NCBI GenBank assembly: GCA_029953675.1
Contig: JAMWBK010000009.1
Coordinates: forward strand, 62,001 to 126,000
From: Rhodosorus marinus CCMP1338
Taxonomy: Eukaryota > Plantae > Rhodophyta
Reading direction: 5' to 3'
Length of the DNA: 64,000 nt
Position numbers and translations under genes: made by a program. How positions within the stretch are numbered: the stretch's first letter is position 1; each line of letters opens with the position of its first letter. Under the pieces are notes generated by a model, which saw nothing but the letters and a program-made list of their open reading frames with translations, was not told the DNA's origin and ran no database searches. This document shows, one piece after another, positions 59,596 through 64,000 of the stretch.

Positions 59596-62589
59596 CTAGT
59601 GCTCTTCGAGACTTGAGTGGGTTTTCGTTACCGGGTCTGCTGCACTGTTACGCTGCCTCAGCCCCTCCAGCAGAGAGTCTCTGTGCGCCCCAGTCGAGGC
59701 TGAAAGCGTCTCCAACGCTTTTAAGAGGCTGTAAGTTTCATCCTTGCCTATCCCAATAGGTTTGCCCTCTGCACGCGCGTCCGTCGATGGGAGAAGGATG
59801 GAAGCACAGTCGTAGACTACCACTCCTGTGATACAACATGAACGCAGCAAACTGATAAATCGAGTACTAGGGCAGCAGAGAATTTGTGAAATTTTGGAGG
59901 CGCGATTCGTACCCCAATGTGCCTCGGGTAGTCCACCATTCGCTCCGAGCAGGGCAGATGCAGAGGAGGCTGCATCCCTCGCCGCAGAGGATTCCTCATC
60001 CGCATTGATCAACGATGCTTGAAGCTCAGAGTACATACGCAGGTAGTCCAGCTTTTCCTGGATCAACGGGTTGTCGCAAACGCTGATTGCTTCGGCAGTT
60101 CTACAACAAGGACACGAGGTGATCAGAATAGATCCACTCCTCAGCACGGTATAGACTTGACCAGTCTCTCTTTTGCAAGTAATGAACTAATGCAGAGTCC
60201 ATGCTCGACAAATCCGGGAGCAATGAAAATGTCGATGGAACGCTTTTCAGGTAACCCTCTACTCGGAAGCCTGGAACACCTGGGCACTTTTGACAAATTC
60301 CGAAACCCACCTGTCAAGAGCCTCGGCACCCGCTGAATGGCAACCACCTATCTCCGCGGATGTCAGAGAGGCCTCTGCCTGAGCTACTGCACGTTCAGCA
60401 TCATTCGCACGCGTAAACCAATACGTTGCTCCAGCAGAATTGCCAATGACTGCACAATTCGAGGCCAGCCTAGTACATATCTTACGAACGACCATTTCCG
60501 AGCGCTTCGGAGATACTAGCCACGAAATAAGCATGAAGTCCAGTAAGGAAAGCAAACCGGAGCTTGCCATGTGCGAAGAATGTGGCTAACTGGAACACTT
60601 ACATTTCTTGCTTAAAGCGAACACTTTCTCAACGGCAGGATCAGCAGCGCTCTGCGTTTCCATTCGACAAAGTATATCAGTCAGGATTTCCTCCCCGCGC
60701 CTGCCGCATGAAAGGAGGTAGTCCGCACTGAGCTGAACTGTGCCTCGAAGGGTTTCCAGACTCAACGCATACTCGCTAACAAAATAGTCGCGAAGACTCT
60801 TCTGATCGTTAGCCGGGACCATGTAGAGGTCCAACTGATGTTCCCGAAAATAAGTGAGTAGAAGATCTACAAAATCAGACCTCACGTGATTTGCGGAACT
60901 GAAAGTAGTGGAGGCCGTGCTGGCTCTGGCGGTTCACCTTTCCGGCTCTGCTGAACAGGTCAGCAAGATGTGCAGAGTAGAAATACTCCCCCGGCCGCGC
61001 CAGTACGACGATCGACTCGGGAGGGTTGGAATCCGCGAGGGCCAGGAGCGCCTTATGAGTTGCTTGAAAGGCGCTTGCGATCTCAACGGATCGCTTTCTC
61101 CTATCTGCTGGGTCACCACCCACTCTGGTGTACAAGTACCCTGCTACGAACAGCTCCTCCCAACTGCGACAGGACTTCTGCAGTGCGGAAGGTTGTCCGC
61201 CAAGTACGCCGAGCAGCAAACCAAGTTGACTGTACAGAACATAGTGGCACCACCCCGAGGTCAATGAAGCGAACAAAGGCTGACACAGACTCTGGACTGA
61301 GCCGACAACGACCGTGCGACTGTGCGACCGCGCGCCCAGTTCATCCAGCTGCAAATCTAATCGAAAGCTTGTAGACTTACTTGTCACCAGACTTAACGTC
61401 GAGCGCCTCCAAAGTAGCAATGCACTCCTCCTGCCAAACCCGAAACTGGCCATCCAGTCTGGCCTCAGCTGTGTCCGGGGGAGCATCCAACAGCGCAGCC
61501 TCTGCAACCTGCGAGAAACAAGGGTCTATTGAACTAAGACCATTACCCGCTGGACTCTTCTTCGAAAAACTTGACGTACATAAATAGGCTCGGAGGAACC
61601 TGCATCACCCAACGCAGCAGCCCCCATGGCTCTGCTATCAACATTCTGGATTCTAGTTTGAACGAGCTCAGTGGCATCCTCACGCCGACCTATAGCAGCA
61701 AGCCGAGAAACTACCTGCCAGAATTGTGTTTCTTCTCCACACGAAATGAGGTTGTACTGGTTCAGTCACTAGGAATGAGAGTAGGTCGTTCACGGCACAG
61801 GAGGTGTGCAACTAAGTAAGGCGGGGTCGACTAGGATTAGCATGCAGAGCGGAGTATATGCCAATATCTTAGGTGCCAGTTCGAATCTGGAGGTCATTCG
61901 ACAAACGCAACAGTTCACTAGCTCACACAAATGTTGTCAAAGCAAGTGACCTACCATCTCCGCCGTCCAAGTATGACTGGACAGCCTCGTCGACACCGGC
62001 ATCGTGTACCCTGAGCCAATCACGAAGGAGTGAGAGAGCAGAATCCTTGGACTCTGGTACGTATTAAAGCAGGCGAACGAGTTCCGGATCAGTTACTTGG
62101 GATTAAGAAGGGCGTCTGAAAACACTTGGCAACGTACCGTCAACGAAGTACAGGGCTTCACAAAACCAGAGGATCTTGTGACCTTCCGTGACGACGTCCA
62201 ACAACTGCAGATTCTGGGCAGACGGGTTATGCTCCTTCGCCAGTGCTTCAATGCACTCTTGGATCACTGCGCGATAGCTTTTGCTCTTTTCCGCGACGCT
62301 CATGTCTGATGTGAAAATCAAATGTGCCTAGACATCATTCAACATGAATTCCAGAGAAGCGCTCCTCCGTCGTCAATAGGCAGCAAGTGCTACATCCTCT
62401 TAGATAGACAGTCAATCTGGGTTTGGAACAAAAACCAACCTGATACTTCATGGACAGGATCGCCGATACATTCTGAGCTCGTGGGTCTAATATCCGAAAC
62501 GGAACACCGTCTTCCGTATTCGAAGCTCCCACCGAAGATACCGCAATACTGCCGCCGGGAGCCCATGATATTGATCGCTGCGCTCCCAT
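59596..62589 (-). CDS. NUP85: Nucleoporin Nup85/Nup75 (multi-exon)
   Basis: ILWFCEALYF, WEELFVAGYLY, YFYSAHLADLF, LRDYFVSEYALSL, SADYLLSCGRRGEEIL. Confidence 0.8.
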
Positions 62590-63521
62590 TTTTTAATATT
62601 AATGACCATTTACTCTGCTCGGAATAACCAGTACAGAAGCTCAACCGGTTCCAAACTGCCCAATCCCGCCTGAACGCATACTCCAAACAACCTCGTCAAA
62701 ACCGAATAGATCCTCACAGCCGAAAACCCATTAGTACACGAATATCTGGTACTATTCTTCACTCGCCCTTGAGCCAGTTCGCATTAGGGCTTCGGGTGCT
62801 CACAGGTGCTTGGGAGCGTTGCCGTGACCGCCCTGATGCTCTTTCTGGACTGCATGCTTCTTTGAGTCTGAATCTCTGGTGCTGTAGCGCTGCTTTAGCT
62901 CTGCAAGGCACGCTCTCTGCGCGCTTCCGAGCGTACCCCATTTGGGGACCTTAGCCTCCGACTAAAACGATCTGCATGAAGTTTCAAAGCCGGAGATGCG
63001 TTCAATTTGGGATTGGGTTCCCTCCAATGATAGGCTGTGGGGCAGCGTTCGACTTGCTATGCTGTTTTCGGTTGCCTTATTCTCCCTGACTGCTTGAGCA
63101 TCTGCTAGTCATGGACATCGCTCGTTTTTGAGTCGTCGGTGAGGTTGGAAGTCGAGTCGCTGAGCACAATGAGAATCCGCACTCGAGACGCGACGGTGGA
63201 TAATCGGAATGGTCAACTCTTGAAGACGGGCTCTGGCTGACTGAAAGTGGCATTTGGACGCTTGAGGAGAACATCGGCCAGGCTGAAGAAGGGGTGAGCA
63301 TCATTTGCTAAAGAACTGTGTCGTATCTTTCCCTATCGTTTTTGCAAATCTGGCCGATTTCTCGGACAAGGAATACGGTGGTTCACGCAGGAATGAGCCT
63401 TCAAAATCTTGCTCCGCTCATAGTTGATGACGTTCGATTCTTTTTAAAACGGGAGCGCGCTCTGCTTTGCCCCCTCGATAAACAATAGTATCTGGTTAAG
63501 CGCAAAGTATGGTCTCGCGCC

Positions 63522-64000
63522 TTAGCTAGCCTCCACCACCTCATATGGTTCAATTGTCAGCTCCCCAGAATTGATCTGTCCAATAATATCCTGCGGGGCC
63601 ATGCCGTTAACGGTGCATCCAACACTCCGGGCTGTTCCGAGCACTTCCTTCATTGTACCGGACATTTCCCTAGCCTGATCACCACAGAAAAATTCAAGAA
63701 AATGAATTGTGAGTTCCCAGGTTCCTTACTAAACGAAAACAAATGGGCAAAAGCCTACCCCCGATTTTGTTCGCAGCGCCTTCGCAATGTCAGTGATCTG
63801 ATCCAAAGTGAGATTGCCATCATGTGCGATGTCCTTGACCTTCTTTCGATCTCTCTCCGGCTCCTTCAAGGCTTTAATGATCATAGATGCGGCAGAGGGC
63901 TCCACAGTCACCTATGACGACAAAAGTTCAACATGAGTTTCATGCTCTCACCGGTCTCCAGACGCTTTACGGAGAAAAACTTCATCGAAGTAAAACAATG
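63522..64000 (-). CDS. RPL12: 60S ribosomal protein L12 (uL11), 3' exons; 5' part beyond window
   Basis: [24 protein letters not shown]...GNLTLDQI / [20 protein letters not shown]. Confidence 0.95.

Noticed and set aside
1-64000. tRNA, rRNA, snRNA or snoRNA genes
   Set aside because: No cloverleaf, conserved rRNA/snRNA segment or paired C/D boxes seen by eye; a covariance-model search was not run

Overview
Eukaryotic nuclear DNA (~50% GC) with compact genes and short GT-AG introns, most likely from a unicellular red alga. The evidence is F-V-type plastid transit-peptide starts, a thylakoid-lumen FKBP, a Spondin_N protein and an algal GT2/GT7-like glycosyltransferase. Stylonematophyceae such as Rhodosorus is only a guess. 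About 18 genes are recognisable: MFS transporter (partial), CMC1-like, SDR, CCHC plus DnaJ-zinc-finger protein, Nudix, TSPO, FKBP, sorbitol dehydrogenase, DUF2878, glycosyltransferase, uridine kinase/UPRT, patatin iPLA2-gamma, GET4, C2H2 factor, spondin, DCC, NUP85 and RPL12 (partial). Intergenic DNA holds many decayed Copia and Gypsy fragments and a hAT/MITE-like element. The standout structure is a 1.43-kb fold-back (5990-7417) made of two inward-facing Copia LTR-PBS-gag 5' ends, a candidate Mu-killer-like hairpin-RNA silencing locus, sitting in a transposon cluster. Other fold-backs occur: a spacerless 52-bp palindrome, two short hairpins and an inverted duplication in a Gypsy relic. No tRNA, rRNA or CRISPR was seen. 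Exon boundaries were read by eye and family calls come from motif recognition, not database searches.
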